DNA of 52,796 bases, counting the filler, from Stramenopiles sp. TOSAG23-3 (Eukaryota), in assembly GCA_900128585.1 (NCBI GenBank). It is 4 parts of 4 records of this genome, joined end to end, with 100 filler letters (N's around TTAATTAATTAA, not from the genome) between each part and the next. Parts side by side here need not be neighbours in the genome. Positions count along the whole stretch, not along the records: positions 1 to 24,269 come from LT642308.1; 3 more parts are not named here. One strand, given 5' to 3'. A model generated the notes under the pieces. It was not told the DNA's origin. It worked only from the letters and a program-made list of their open reading frames with translations, and did no database searches. Shown in pieces: positions 1-10,451 of the stretch; within the stretch, counting starts at the first letter, position 1, and each line of letters opens with the position of its first letter. The position numbers and the translations under genes are program-made.

Positions 1-2
1 TT

Positions 3-194
3 GCTGCAGACCGCTACGCAGTTCGTCTTGGGCATGATATATCCTCCAGTTTGCTGAAAATCAGCATCACAAACAAAGCTGATTTCAACCCAGACTGGCT
101 CCATTCTTGGTACCACCTTAGCCACCCCCCCCTGATGGAACGAATGGAGGCGGCAAAAGCATATCAGGCAACGCTTTCTAAGAAGCAGAAATGA
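3..194 (+). CDS. STE24: CAAX prenyl protease 1 (peptidase M48), C-terminal fragment, runs in from the window edge
   Basis: Manual translation from base 3: AADRYAVRLGHDISSSLLKISITNKADFNPDWLHSWYHLSHPPLMERMEAAKAYQATLSKKQK*. Matches the STE24/ZMPSTE24 C-terminus (AD.A..LG...DWL.S.WH.SHPPL.ER) and ends in a KKxx ER-retrieval motif. Not in the ORF track. Confidence 0.9.
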   Translation, partial: AADRYAVRLGHDISSSLLKISITNKADFNPDWLHSWYHLSHPPLMERMEAAKAYQATLSKKQK

Positions 195-502
195 TCGTCG
201 TGACAAATAAAATATATTTTTTATCATTATCATTATTAACAGGTAGGGACCTGTATACACGGCTACAGGTATTTACTACAATACCGGCGGGAGGAGTAGT
301 AGAAGGTATTTTAACATATCTTTTTTTTTTAATATTATTTTTTTTAATAAATTATTATTTATAATTATCAATTGTTAGTGCACGTTTAAAAACCTTTGCA
401 CGCAAGTATCGCTGCTGGTCTCTCTTAACACCTCACGTTCTATGGAAACAATTTCATTACATTTGAAATTTAAAACACTTTGGGCGTATACGCACTTTCG
501 CC

Positions 503-1168
503 ATGATTCGCCCGCTTCTTTTTCGGGGCACAGCTTTGGTCGGTAAGGCACGCCCGAGTTCTACTGTGTTCTTTGGTGCCCGGGCACGTCCTGTTTTGAT
601 GGGTGTAAGATACTTAAATATGAAAAGCAGTGGGGGTATTAAACGAAGAAGAAGAAGACGGCCATGTATAGTCGAAGAGTCTGCTGCCGTGAAAGTCGAA
701 ACGGAAATCTTTACCCCTGAGCAGAAAATTAGTTTGGACAGCCATAGTGAAGACGATGAAGTAATAGATACAAGTAGCAGCAAAACGATGGGCTTGCACG
801 ATGCCGCAGAACGTGGAGATTGTGGTGTCGTGAAAGTCCTGCTGACCGAGGGCGCAGCGCAGGTGAATCAAGGCGATCCAGCGCGAGGAAACGCAACGGC
901 TCTGCACATCGCAGCACGCGCTGGCCACCTAGACGTCGCCAAAACTCTGTGCGAGAACGGGGCTGATGTGAATAGTTTAGGACCATGGGAAATGACCCCA
1001 GTGATGTATGCAGTCATATTTGGGAAGCAAGATATGGTAGAATTTCTCCTGTCCAAGAATGCGGACCTAACGAAGAAGGATGCAAGGGGTAGATGTGCGC
1101 TTACTCATGCCAAGAACGAAAAACAACCCATCATTGAACAAGTGTTAGCCCAACACGAAGAAAAGTAA
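503..1168 (+). CDS. Ankyrin-repeat protein with a basic, transit-peptide-like N-terminus
   Basis: About 3-4 ankyrin repeats (GLHDAAERG, TALHIAARAGHLDVAKTLCENGADVN, TPVMYAVIFG). The N-terminus is rich in Arg and lacks acidic residues. The true start could be a downstream Met. Confidence 0.85.
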   Translation: MIRPLLFRGTALVGKARPSSTVFFGARARPVLMGVRYLNMKSSGGIKRRRRRRPCIVEESAAVKVETEIFTPEQKISLDSHSEDDEVIDTSSSKTMGLHDAAERGDCGVVKVLLTEGAAQVNQGDPARGNATALHIAARAGHLDVAKTLCENGADVNSLGPWEMTPVMYAVIFGKQDMVEFLLSKNADLTKKDARGRCALTHAKNEKQPIIEQVLAQHEEK

Positions 1169-1411
1169 TCAGTCCTAATTCAGTTTTAATTTCTAATATC
1201 ATTGGTTTTTTTTTGATAAAGAATTACGAAGTACGTATCATAACTAATATAATTGTTTTTCTTCATAACATTTAAAAAAACAAAATGGGTAATACGGTAT
1301 TAATAAATAAACCTTTCATACCAAAGAAAAGCTTCTCTGGTCACCCCGTAATAAAATCTACCCCCGTACACACTCACGTGTTTTAGCTCGCACCTTCCGA
1401 AACTGAGCACA

Positions 1412-2629
1412 CTACATATTTTTTTTTGAGCTGCTGACATCCCCACCGACCTTTCCCCACCCCAATAATAGGATAACTGCTGCCCCAAAAAAGAGAGACA
1501 CGCCGCCAAAAACCATTCTACTGTCGACCCCCAATTGCCCGCCGAATAAAATGAGACAAATAACAAAAAAGTTTTGTGGGAGGCGGTACCAACTCATCAC
1601 AGATGCCCGAAAAGAATCCGGGATTATACGGGACCTGTACGATGCAATACCCACAAAGTATGCACCGCAGCAAAATTCAAATCCAAAAAAACAGAGCATG
1701 ACCAAGTGTTGATTGCTCCGAGTTCGGATGACGCACAGCAAACATGCCCCGGCAAAAGCGTAAATTGAGGCGAGGGCGTAGTGCATAGGGATGGAGCCGT
1801 TACCCTGGGGGCTTGCCGAAACACATCGTGAAAAGGCTTGGCTTCCCACCATGAGAGCAGCCATGAACATCGAAAACGCAGTGCCCGGGGATACCAAAAC
1901 TTCCGAGCCATTCGAGGCCGCTGCTTCTTTTAAAATAGGGCTCCAGACCATGATAAAGATGTGCATTACTGCCTCGAACGAAACTTGCGTAAGTGCCAAA
2001 GCGAGAATGGAAAACGAACAAAACCCCGCGTTAGGCTTCTTCTCTTTGCTTACAGGTTCTACAACTTTCTTCTTCGTCTTTCCATAGTTTTCTTCCCAAA
2101 GCAGCGATATCAGCAGCGCTGAGAGCAGGCTGCACAACCCAGCTGTATCAAAAGGGCCCAAAGGACCCAGGATCAGGATAGAGAGCCGAGCTACGAACCC
2201 AGCACAAATTGCAACTAAACCGCCGAGAGTAGTTTGCCACTGGACAGTGGCCTGTACGACCGACGCCTTGGTTGCCCCGTTCAACCAAGACTCGAAAGCT
2301 GTGTGGAACAGAGTTGATGCAATACCGCCAAAAAGGCGACCAAAAATCAAGACGTTGACGCTGTTTGAGTGAACAGATAAGCACGACATGAAATACAGCG
2401 CACAACAGCAGATGCAGCCACGCTTTCTCCCAAACCGGTCGACCAAAATCCCTGAAAACAAACTGGAAACCATTGCCGCGGTGTAGCCCAAAACGTACAT
2501 TAATTGCAACCCCTTTTCAAGGTCGTCTCCGAATTTCGCTTTGTAAACATCGTAAAAGTAGGGACCTTGCAGCCAGTTACTGCCCGACACGAACAAAAAA
2601 GGCACCAAATAAGTATTGAAAACCCCCAT
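1412..2629 (-). CDS. MFSD5: MFS molybdate-anion transporter family protein (MFSD5/MOT2-like)
   Basis: Signature NWLQGPYFY, DRFGRK loop, LFHTAFESW, WEENYG and YRLPQN motifs; about 12 hydrophobic segments. First ATG is at 2629 (the track start at 2638 is GTG). Confidence 0.88.
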   Translation of the reverse strand: MGVFNTYLVPFLFVSGSNWLQGPYFYDVYKAKFGDDLEKGLQLMYVLGYTAAMVSSLFSGILVDRFGRKRGCICCCALYFMSCLSVHSNSVNVLIFGRLFGGIASTLFHTAFESWLNGATKASVVQATVQWQTTLGGLVAICAGFVARLSILILGPLGPFDTAGLCSLLSALLISLLWEENYGKTKKKVVEPVSKEKKPNAGFCSFSILALALTQVSFEAVMHIFIMVWSPILKEAAASNGSEVLVSPGTAFSMFMAALMVGSQAFSRCVSASPQGNGSIPMHYALASIYAFAGACLLCVIRTRSNQHLVMLCFFGFEFCCGAYFVGIASYRSRIIPDSFRASVMSWYRLPQNFFVICLILFGGQLGVDSRMVFGGVSLFFGAAVILLLGWGKVGGDVSSSKKNM

Positions 2630-2872
2630 ATGCTCCACACCTATAGACTCTTATCGCATTCCCTGGCCTCAATAAAAATTTACTATTAAGGCGTAAACAA
2701 AAGTAATGAACCAAATGGTGGTGTTCATCCAGTCGAATTGATTCTGTGTGTCTATAATTAATATTTTTCTTTATGGGTGTCTGAACAGTTTTATCATTCG
2801 ATCATAAACAAACAAGATTCAATTTTTATTTTTTAATATATAATAAAATATATTTTAATCCTGTGTATAATA

Positions 2873-3190
2873 AATAATAATAATAATAATAATAAATATA
2901 AAAAAATAATACTGTACAGTACAGGAAACATAATAATAATAATAAAAAAAGTTTTCTTCTTCTTCTTCTTTTTCTTCTTTTTCTTTTTCTTCTTCTTCTT
3001 CTTCTCTCTTCTTCTTCTTTCCTTTTCCTTTTTCTTCTTTTTCTTCTTCTTCTTTCTTTTTCTTCTTCTTCTTCTTCTTCTTTTTCTTCTTCTTCTTCTT
3101 CTTCTTCTTCTTCTTTCTTTTTCTTCTTTTTCTTCTTTTTCTTCTTCATCTTCTTCTTCTTTCTTTCTTATCTTTCTTCTTCTTTTTTGT
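2873..3190. repeat. (TAA)n followed by an imperfect (TTC)n low-complexity tract
   Basis: Directly visible. It generates the spurious poly-K/E/R ORFs in the track. Confidence 0.95.
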
Positions 3191-3920
3191 TGTGATGATT
3201 TCATATACACAGCATAAAGATCAAAATTTATAGAAGAAGAAAAACCAAATATTATATAAAAAAAGAAGGGGCATTTTGCACAGAAGAAGATGCAGTTCTT
3301 TTTTTGGAACGGTTCGCAATGTATTAATAGTCTATTAATAATCCGAAGAACTCTGAGGAGAACTTTTTTTAAAAGTCTACGAGGAGTCCTTTCCTCGTAG
3401 AAATAACCAGACACATCACATCGTTGAGGAGAAGGAGCACACAACGGTTATTATTATACTATTATTATTTAATCAAAATAAAAAATTGAAGTTCGTTCTG
3501 TTCAATTCATCTTCGTTACAATATACTTAGTTATTATAGGTGAGGTACAGGTAATACAATACAAACCGGTAATCAATCAAGAAGAAAAGAAGAAGGAAGA
3601 AAAAAATAATAATTAGAGAAGAACAATTATAACAACTATAAATAGTATATATACACAACATCATCATCACTTCGATTATTAATATAATATAATTTGTTAA
3701 CCTCTTCTACAAATATACATTTCTTAGTACTAAAAGAAACCATCTCTCTCTGAGTTCAGTAATCCTCTTAATCCTCTTTATTTCGAATTAAGAGGAATAC
3801 CTACTTTCTTTGTTAAATAAACGATCATCGATTCATTGTGCGGTTGCCTGAGATAAGGTTCTTACCCAGTGCTGCTCTAAAGGCTTCGTTGAATTTCTTC
3901 CTGGGGGGGCGAGGTCAAAA

Positions 3921-4765
3921 ATGAAAGGCCACTTTTTCGACGAAGACGGGGACGGGGAAATCAGTTGTAGGGAAATTGTGCGGGCGACTGGTAAAATCAT
4001 CCTGCTTGTTGTTAATTGCCTCTGGTCTGTAAGTAATTAGTTGTCCATGGAACTGTACAGCGAGTAACATATCCCTAACATGGTTTCCTTTCTTAGTTGA
4101 TTGCGCTGGGTCTTATTTTTCTCGGCGTCTACGCGTTCATAATGTTCGAGGTATACCAGGGGCTAGTTGACGTTACACTTCTGTTGGCAGTCGCTTCAAC
4201 TGGTGTATTTATGCTTTTGTTAACTGTGGTCGGGTATGTCGGGATATTAAGTTTGCGAAAAAAATTTTTGGTTGTCTATTTGTGTACATTGTTCGTCTTA
4301 AGTCTGTTGGTCCTCGCGTTTGGTTTAGTTTTTGTCTCGTACGTATTGGGGTTGGAAACATCTGCAACGGGAATTGCTACGATTGATGAAACCCAAGCAA
4401 ACAGCCTAAAAAAAATCTACAACTACATAAACTGTACATATGTCGAATGTTGCTCTGTATACCCTGGAATAAACGTATCGCGCGCCCCCTGCCAAACCGC
4501 CGATTTGCCGAACCAAAAGGTGGACAACTTAGTCTGTGAAAATTTTGCAAAGTTTAAATTCAATACCCCAGAAACGTGCGAAAGCTACGAAGCTTACGAC
4601 CAGGCGATTCTGAGATGGTTAAACGTGAACATGAATCCGATTGCAACTTCACTTCTGGTACTTTCTGGGATTCAATTCGTCGCATTGTGTATTTCGTTCG
4701 GGCTAATAGTTACCGAAATCCGTCAACCAATGGAAAAGAACGGGGCAAACAAGTACGAAATGTGA
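3921..4765 (+). CDS. Tetraspanin-like 4-TM protein, two exons (3921-4028, 4097-4765)
   Basis: ATG at 3921, 36 codons, then a phase-0 intron 4029-4096 (GTAAGT donor, CCCTAAC branch site, TTTCTTAG acceptor) that joins in frame. Three N-terminal TM segments, a Cys-rich large loop (C..ECCS..C..C..C) and a fourth TM segment. Confidence 0.85.
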
Positions 4766-4841
4766 ATTCAAGAATGAATATTGTTAGAAAATAAAATGAT
4801 ATTTTTCGTAGTACTACTACACAGTATTAAATTATTGTCGT

Positions 4842-4858
4842 TAACCCTAACCCTAACC
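4842..4858. repeat. Short telomere-like (CCCTAA)n motif
   Basis: TAACCCTAACCCTAACC, about 80 nt downstream of the tetraspanin stop codon. Confidence 0.5.
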
Positions 4859-5310
4859 ATATAATATGAAAAACCATATTATTATATTATAGGAATCATT
4901 GTTAATTAGAATACATTTGAAATAGCAATAATTTTTGTGGTTCTCCTCTGATGGATGACCAAGAAGAAGAGTGAACATTATTATTGTAATAAATGTTGTG
5001 AGAGAAAAGACGACCTTTGTACCGTACGGTACACTTAGTCCACTTAGTGCTGAACCGGGAATAACCAACAACACAAAAAAGAAGAAGAGAGAAGACACCA
5101 CATTTTCATTCTATTTTATTTTACCAGATTATTATAATACAGTGCCGTTTTATTATAAAGATACACGGGGGGAGATTTAAAAGTGAAATAGGAATGATGC
5201 TGCGAATAGAGATTTGTAAGACCATAATTAAATGAACTGTTTTGAAGTCTCCCATCGCATGGAAAATTGCCCTTGTTAGAAAGGAAAAACGGGTACACCA
5301 AAACGCTGAA

Positions 5311-7737
5311 ATGCATTTGAGCGACTGGAAAAAGCATGCCGCGAAAGTCGTCGAACGGGAAAACGTGGTTCCTAGAATGTATTCATCGACGGGCTCGTTA
5401 AAACATCATATACTAGAGTATAACAGGGCGAAAATGGTCCCTGAACAGCCTCAATTAGGCATGCTTATTGAACGCCTGCAGAAGGACAACGATGCACTGG
5501 TTCACAAGGTGGAGCAGTCTTCCTTGGAAGTTGGGGATATGACAGCCCAGACGGAAATAATGATGGAAATAATGGGAGAAGAGCGCGCGGAAAACTTTAA
5601 ACTTCGCCAAGAAATAAAAAAAATGGTTCAGTTTTCGTCCGATGCCCAGCTGAAGACCAAAATGGACAATGAGATTGCAAGGTTAGAGAGAGAAAATAAT
5701 AAATTGCGCAAAGAAAACGAAGAGCTTCGTGGCTTGTACGAAGCCTCCGAAGAGCAGTCCCGGCAATACCAAACCACCCTAGTACAAATGAAAGCGGCGA
5801 CCGCGAAGACCATCACCCCGCTTTCGCGGCAAAACAGCACTACGTCTTTGCACCAACGCTTAAACAATTTGAAGGCGGAATTTGCAAAGAAGCAGGCAGA
5901 GTACGACAACCAAGATGCCGAGCGCAATAGGAGAACCGAACGGTTGATTATGGAACGAGACCGCTTGAAACAAGCGTTGGAGCAGGCGGGAGAAACGGGT
6001 GGCCGGACGCGCAGTGCTACCGAAAATGGGGCAGTTGTTGTCTCCCGCGGCTCAAGTCCAAATATTTTAAAGGCCAAATATTACACGGAGGAGAAAGAGG
6101 CCGTGGCAAATTTGAACGTATATACGGAGGAAATACGCCGCTTGAACAGCGACGTCAGCGCGTACGCGACTAAACTCCGCGCGGCGGAAGAGATGATCCG
6201 ATCGCTTAAGCGCGTAACGTTGTCGAGCACCCCAACAAAACCCTCTAATGTTTTTCTACGCCTTGTTGGTGTCGCTGCGTTTCAAAACCACAGTATATCC
6301 AGCAAAGCCGAGCTTATTAAGGAACTTCTTCAGCTCTTTGTCCCTCAGGTAAGCCCTGAAAGCAGCTCATTGCAAGATGGTTCAGACGCTTCAACGGTCA
6401 GTGACAAGCACATTTTTGATATTTTGAAAGCAAGCGATCTTCCCTTCGGAAATGTACTGACGGCTATTGGGAAAATAATAAAGACGGCCACCCGTTGTTG
6501 CAAAACATCGTCTGCTAGTAATGTTGGTGGTGGCGATAACGCTGCCCCTGTTTCAATAGACGCGGTGGCGGCGACGCTGTTGCAGGAATCAATAATTTGC
6601 TTTCACTTGTTTATGAATGTAGAGAATGTAGCCGATCAGGTGGCCTTGGACTCGTTTTTTGATGCAATGCAGCATTTGGCAATGTCCAGGTTGATGTTAG
6701 AAGGCTTAAACCCCAACAACGTTGAATGGGAGTGGCACACTACGATGTACGAGGCCTTGACGGAAGCAGGTGTCCAGTGCATTGATACCCTTACAAAAGT
6801 AACCAGCGATGCAGTAAACTATCTATTTCGCTTACTACTCCTGCGCCCTCAGAAAAGCAGGTTGCCCGGTTCACCGACCCGTGCAAAGGCCGGTGTCGAC
6901 GATGGCTCAAACCTGCCTCGTTTTGTAAGTGATATACTCAATGGGACTGTCGAAATGTTAAACTTTGATATGGAGCCCCTGTTTGGGAACTACGACTTGG
7001 CGGCGCTGTTCACGAACATGTCCAAAGTTTACCTTGGGAAACGGTTAGCGGCCATTGCGGCCGCCGAGGAAATCCTGCTGTTTGCTGCCCAGTCCAGAAC
7101 CGAAGACATGATTAAGATGACGCATGAGATTTTAATGGAAAAGCCTGATACCCCGGAGCAATCGATCCCAGAAGATGAAAAGGTCCTTTTGCTCCATGCC
7201 AGAGATGTCGCAATCGATTGCCATCGGAACCATGCGAAAGCTAAAGTGCTGCAGCGTTGGTTTCTTAAGTCAAAAGATGATTGGTATGATCCTAGTTTTA
7301 AAGAAACTGCAAATGGGGAGGCCAGTGGTCCTCAGGGTGTAAACACGGCCGAGAACATTCCACTTACCGCCGAAGAATTTAGAATATCAGAGGAGCAAGT
7401 CAGGAAGAAGGTGCTGGAGGTGGAAAAGGAATACCGACTGGGTAATTACAAATTATTATTTGATGATATTGATGAAAGTGCAAGCGGGTCCGTCAGCATC
7501 AGCGATATCATTCTTGCGCTGGAGCAAAACTCGGCAAAGATAAAACTGTTGCACTTATCCGATGCAGGGAATCCAGAGAAAATGTCCCGGGGCGATCTAG
7601 AAGACCTTTTCCAGTCCATCAAGCTTTCCGCGGATCAAGTGGTGGGCTTTGATGAGCTGTGTATATATTTGGAAAGGTATCAGGAGTTGAAAAGAAGCAT
7701 CAATGTGTACGAAACTGTGGAGGAAAGTTTTGTTTAG
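5311..7737 (+). CDS. Large coiled-coil protein with a C-terminal EF-hand-like pair; function unknown
   Basis: Long open frame (track start at 5242 is TTG; first ATG is 5311). Heptad-rich N-terminal third; C-terminal LFDDIDESASGSVSISDI and LFQSIKLSADQVVGFDEL motifs. Confidence 0.8.
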   Translation: MHLSDWKKHAAKVVERENVVPRMYSSTGSLKHHILEYNRAKMVPEQPQLGMLIERLQKDNDALVHKVEQSSLEVGDMTAQTEIMMEIMGEERAENFKLRQEIKKMVQFSSDAQLKTKMDNEIARLERENNKLRKENEELRGLYEASEEQSRQYQTTLVQMKAATAKTITPLSRQNSTTSLHQRLNNLKAEFAKKQAEYDNQDAERNRRTERLIMERDRLKQALEQAGETGGRTRSATENGAVVVSRGSSPNILKAKYYTEEKEAVANLNVYTEEIRRLNSDVSAYATKLRAAEEMIRSLKRVTLSSTPTKPSNVFLRLVGVAAFQNHSISSKAELIKELLQLFVPQVSPESSSLQDGSDASTVSDKHIFDILKASDLPFGNVLTAIGKIIKTATRCCKTSSASNVGGGDNAAPVSIDAVAATLLQESIICFHLFMNVENVADQVALDSFFDAMQHLAMSRLMLEGLNPNNVEWEWHTTMYEALTEAGVQCIDTLTKVTSDAVNYLFRLLLLRPQKSRLPGSPTRAKAGVDDGSNLPRFVSDILNGTVEMLNFDMEPLFGNYDLAALFTNMSKVYLGKRLAAIAAAEEILLFAAQSRTEDMIKMTHEILMEKPDTPEQSIPEDEKVLLLHARDVAIDCHRNHAKAKVLQRWFLKSKDDWYDPSFKETANGEASGPQGVNTAENIPLTAEEFRISEEQVRKKVLEVEKEYRLGNYKLLFDDIDESASGSVSISDIILALEQNSAKIKLLHLSDAGNPEKMSRGDLEDLFQSIKLSADQVVGFDELCIYLERYQELKRSINVYETVEESFV

Positions 7738-7844
7738 AATGCCGCTTTTATTAAACTGACGGAATAATCTTTTTAATTTGAATTATGTTACAAGATATTT
7801 TAAAGATGACGTGTTATTGATCAAAAAAACTAATGATATCATAC

Positions 7845-7977
7845 ATGAAAAAAAACTAATTATATAGTATGTTTTAAGACTCTCAAGATTATCCCAATTG
7901 TAAAATCAATTCATTACTATGACTAAGCAGTATCATGAGAGTCTTAAAACATATACTATATATAATTTGTTTTTCAT
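7845..7977. repeat. ~41-bp imperfect inverted repeat made of two copies of motif B (MITE-like hairpin)
   Basis: 7845-7885 ATGAAAAAAAACTAATTATATAGTATGTTTTAAGACTCTCA pairs with the reverse complement of 7936-7977 (ATGAAAAACAAATTATATATAGTATATGTTTTAAGACTCTCA); 50-nt spacer. Confidence 0.85.
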
Positions 7978-8040
7978 ATATGCATAAACGTATATATGCC
8001 ATATCATACCACACTTTTCATCACTAACGCACTAAAATTA

Positions 8041-8070
8041 TACTTAAATAACAGCCAATTTTCTTGTTTT
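8041..8070 (-). repeat. Dispersed motif A copy (AAAACAAGAAAATTGGCTGTTATTTAAGTA)
   Basis: Exact reverse complement TACTTAAATAACAGCCAATTTTCTTGTTTT. Confidence 0.9.
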
Positions 8071-8186
8071 TTAAAAATTATTATAGGTAGATAAAATTGA
8101 ATTCTGAGAATGGCGGTGTCTTCCTTTCGATCATAAAATTTACAATGTGAAGAAACGGTAGGGAAGCCGCTTCCGAACACGCAACA

Positions 8187-8546
8187 TTAGGCGTACGGAT
8201 CCGTTGGTTTGACGCTAGGGTCGTTCGGGCTTCGTCTGCGCGTAGCCCACACACCCTTGACGTGACTTTCTGGGGAAACCCCGCCGTCGTAGGCACCACT
8301 AGTGGTTTCCTTCCAGTTTTCGGCCTTGGCTCTTGCTTCTAGTTCATCGATCTGCTTTTGTATGGTATCAATGCGCCCATTCACCTTCTCTCCTTCGCGA
8401 TCGCCCGGATTTCCTGTAATTAAAAACCCCCAGTCTTTATACCAATTTCTTGATGAAGCCTCCTCGTTTTCCAATCTACTTGCCCAATTTTTCATTGCAG
8501 AGACGGCATCGTCCCCCATGGAACCACCAAATTTGCTTCCTGGCAT
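8187..8546 (-). CDS. CIMIP1/C20orf85 (LLC1)-like ciliary microtubule inner protein
   Basis: NWASRLENEEASSRNWYKDWGFL resembles the W..R...E.....NW...WGFL block of C20orf85, followed by a TT.G-type motif (KETTSGAYDG). First ATG is at 8546. Confidence 0.65.
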   Translation of the reverse strand: MPGSKFGGSMGDDAVSAMKNWASRLENEEASSRNWYKDWGFLITGNPGDREGEKVNGRIDTIQKQIDELEARAKAENWKETTSGAYDGGVSPESHVKGVWATRRRSPNDPSVKPTDPYA

Positions 8547-8915
8547 ATCGAATGTATGTAATGTGTATTGTTTCAAATGTTCTGCGCAATGATCAACGTG
8601 TGCTATAATTCACTTTCTTTTCCGTTCCCTTTTTACCGAAATTTCTTAGTATCTATTGAAAAAAGAAAGAAGTTATTAGTCTATGAAAACATTTTATATG
8701 TGTTTTCTCATTTATAGTTTTTGTTATTATTTTCTTAGTTCGTTAGTTAGTTGTTTTATTCGTTGGATGATTGATATATTAATTATTTATTAGGCTATCT
8801 CTATTCTATTACTCTATATTTATAAATAAATATGTGAATACAGAAGGATGTGATGGATCTCAGTACCTTCACCACACCACAGCATCCATATTTATTCTAT
8901 TCTTTTCTTTTATAG

Positions 8916-9544
8916 CGCTAACCGTGAAAGGCTGCGTCGAAGTGACGGCCCGCACTGGGAGTGGTGGTCACAATATGGACACGTACCTAATTTTGCGCGA
9001 AGGGTCGTCGTTTGGGGAGCTGTCACTGATGCTTAATTCAAAGCGTTCGGCAAACATTATAGCCTTGAACCGATGCAACACTTTTGTGCTGAACCGAACC
9101 GACTTGGACGAAATTTTGTTGTTTTATCCTCAGCTTAAAACAGTTCTTCAGAAACACGTTGTAGCAATGGTGGCTAGTTTGACCAAGCGTGGCCAGAGAT
9201 TGAATGAGACTATGACAAACCAAGAACTGATTGATCACATGTACGACAGAGATGTTCTAATGAGCGATGACGGGGGCGATTTAATGAGCTCCGCTTCACT
9301 CGCAATTTCAACGTCCAATGTAGAGTCTGGCAGAGGAGGAAGTGCTTCTAAAAAGACTAGACGGCGATCGACATCCGCCATCATGAAAACGACGAGTCCG
9401 ATTGCTAAGTTCATATACGAGAGAAGAGCGTCTATCAAATTAGACCCCGGGAAGGACAAGGAAGTGTTGAAGAAGCTAGAGCTTGGAAGAGAAGCTTCTG
9501 AAACAGACGGTAGCAGTGCTGGTGGTGACAGCTATGATAAGTAA
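8916..9544 (+). CDS. 3' fragment of a cyclic-nucleotide-binding-domain protein (probably a CNG/K+ channel C-terminus); 5' part missing
   Basis: VKGCVEV...LREGSSFGELSLMLNSKRSANIIALNRCNTFVLNRTDLDEILLFYP is the second half of a cNBD. Coding-like sequence starts abruptly after TTTTCTTTTATAG (8915), and no upstream exon is visible. Confidence 0.75.
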
Positions 9545-9581
9545 AAACCAAATAATGTGCTATTTGGACTATCATATTTTT

Positions 9582-9802
9582 AAAAAGCAAGAAAATTGGC
9601 TGTTATTTAAGTAATTAAATTTAGCTTCCGCATACCCTAATCCTAACTTGGTTTTGTTATTTTGTTTCGTTGTTGGTTGGTGTCATATTTTTATTAGCAA
9701 TATATTGAAAAAAAACAAATTATATCTATCATTAAAACAAGAAAATTGGCTGTTATTTAAGTAATAAATTTAGCTTCGTCGTACCCTAATCCTAACTTGG
9801 TT
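9582..9802 (+). repeat. Two ~70-bp direct copies of extended motif A (9582-9653, 9734-9802)
   Basis: CAAGAAAATTGGCTGTTATTTAAGTAAT(T)AAATTTAGCTTC...TACCCTAATCCTAACTTGGTT occurs twice, about 150 bp apart. Confidence 0.9.
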
Positions 9803-9900
9803 CTGTAATTTCGTCTCATTCATGGTTGTCAATCATTTTTTTTAAAGTGGAGTCCATGAACTATCCGGAGCGGTATCTGAATTGGCAGTGCTTGCAGATG

Positions 9901-10061
9901 NNNNNNNNNNNNNNNNNNNNNNNNNNNNNNNNNNNNNNNNNNNNNNNNNNNNNNNNNNNNNNNNNNNNNNNNNNNNNNNNNNNNNNNNNNNNNNNNNNNN
10001 NNNNNNNNNNNNNNNNNNNNNNNNNNNNNNNNNNNNNNNNNNNNNNNNNNNNNNNNNNNNN
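9901..10061. other. Assembly gap (161 N)
   Basis: Run of N with no linker sequence. Confidence 0.99.
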
Positions 10062-10451
10062 GGAACCTCGTCCTGCTGGCAACGCTCTGATTCTCTGTGT
10101 CATCATCCGAGGATATCACTACTAGGGTCGGGGCGATGCTATATCATATAGTTTCGCAATATATTTCAAAAAAATAATATCTTATGCTGATCGATATAAG
10201 TCGTCTATTATGAAAATATATATAGTATGCTTTAGGACTCTCACTTAACATCCGTCATTGATGCTTCGAAATCTAAGATTATTTTTCCAAGAAGTAATAT
10301 ATGATACGTTTTAAAAATGGGTTTTTTCGTCTCTATCTATAATATGATTAACATATCATAAGATCAATAAGTTAATTTAGAATCATTAATTCTTACTTAA
10401 ATAAAAATGGAAATGGTTTTTAAGAACATTAATCCCAAATCTTACATCTCT

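Noticed and set aside
2826-3444. Poly-K/E/R ORFs (also 33290-33536, 39008-39214 and 50723-51131)
   Set aside because: Translations of microsatellite and low-complexity tracts in AT-rich spacers.
9826-10151. ORFs spanning the 161-N gap
   Set aside because: Mostly N. The flanks are slightly GC-richer and could belong to a small gene, but no frame can be supported.
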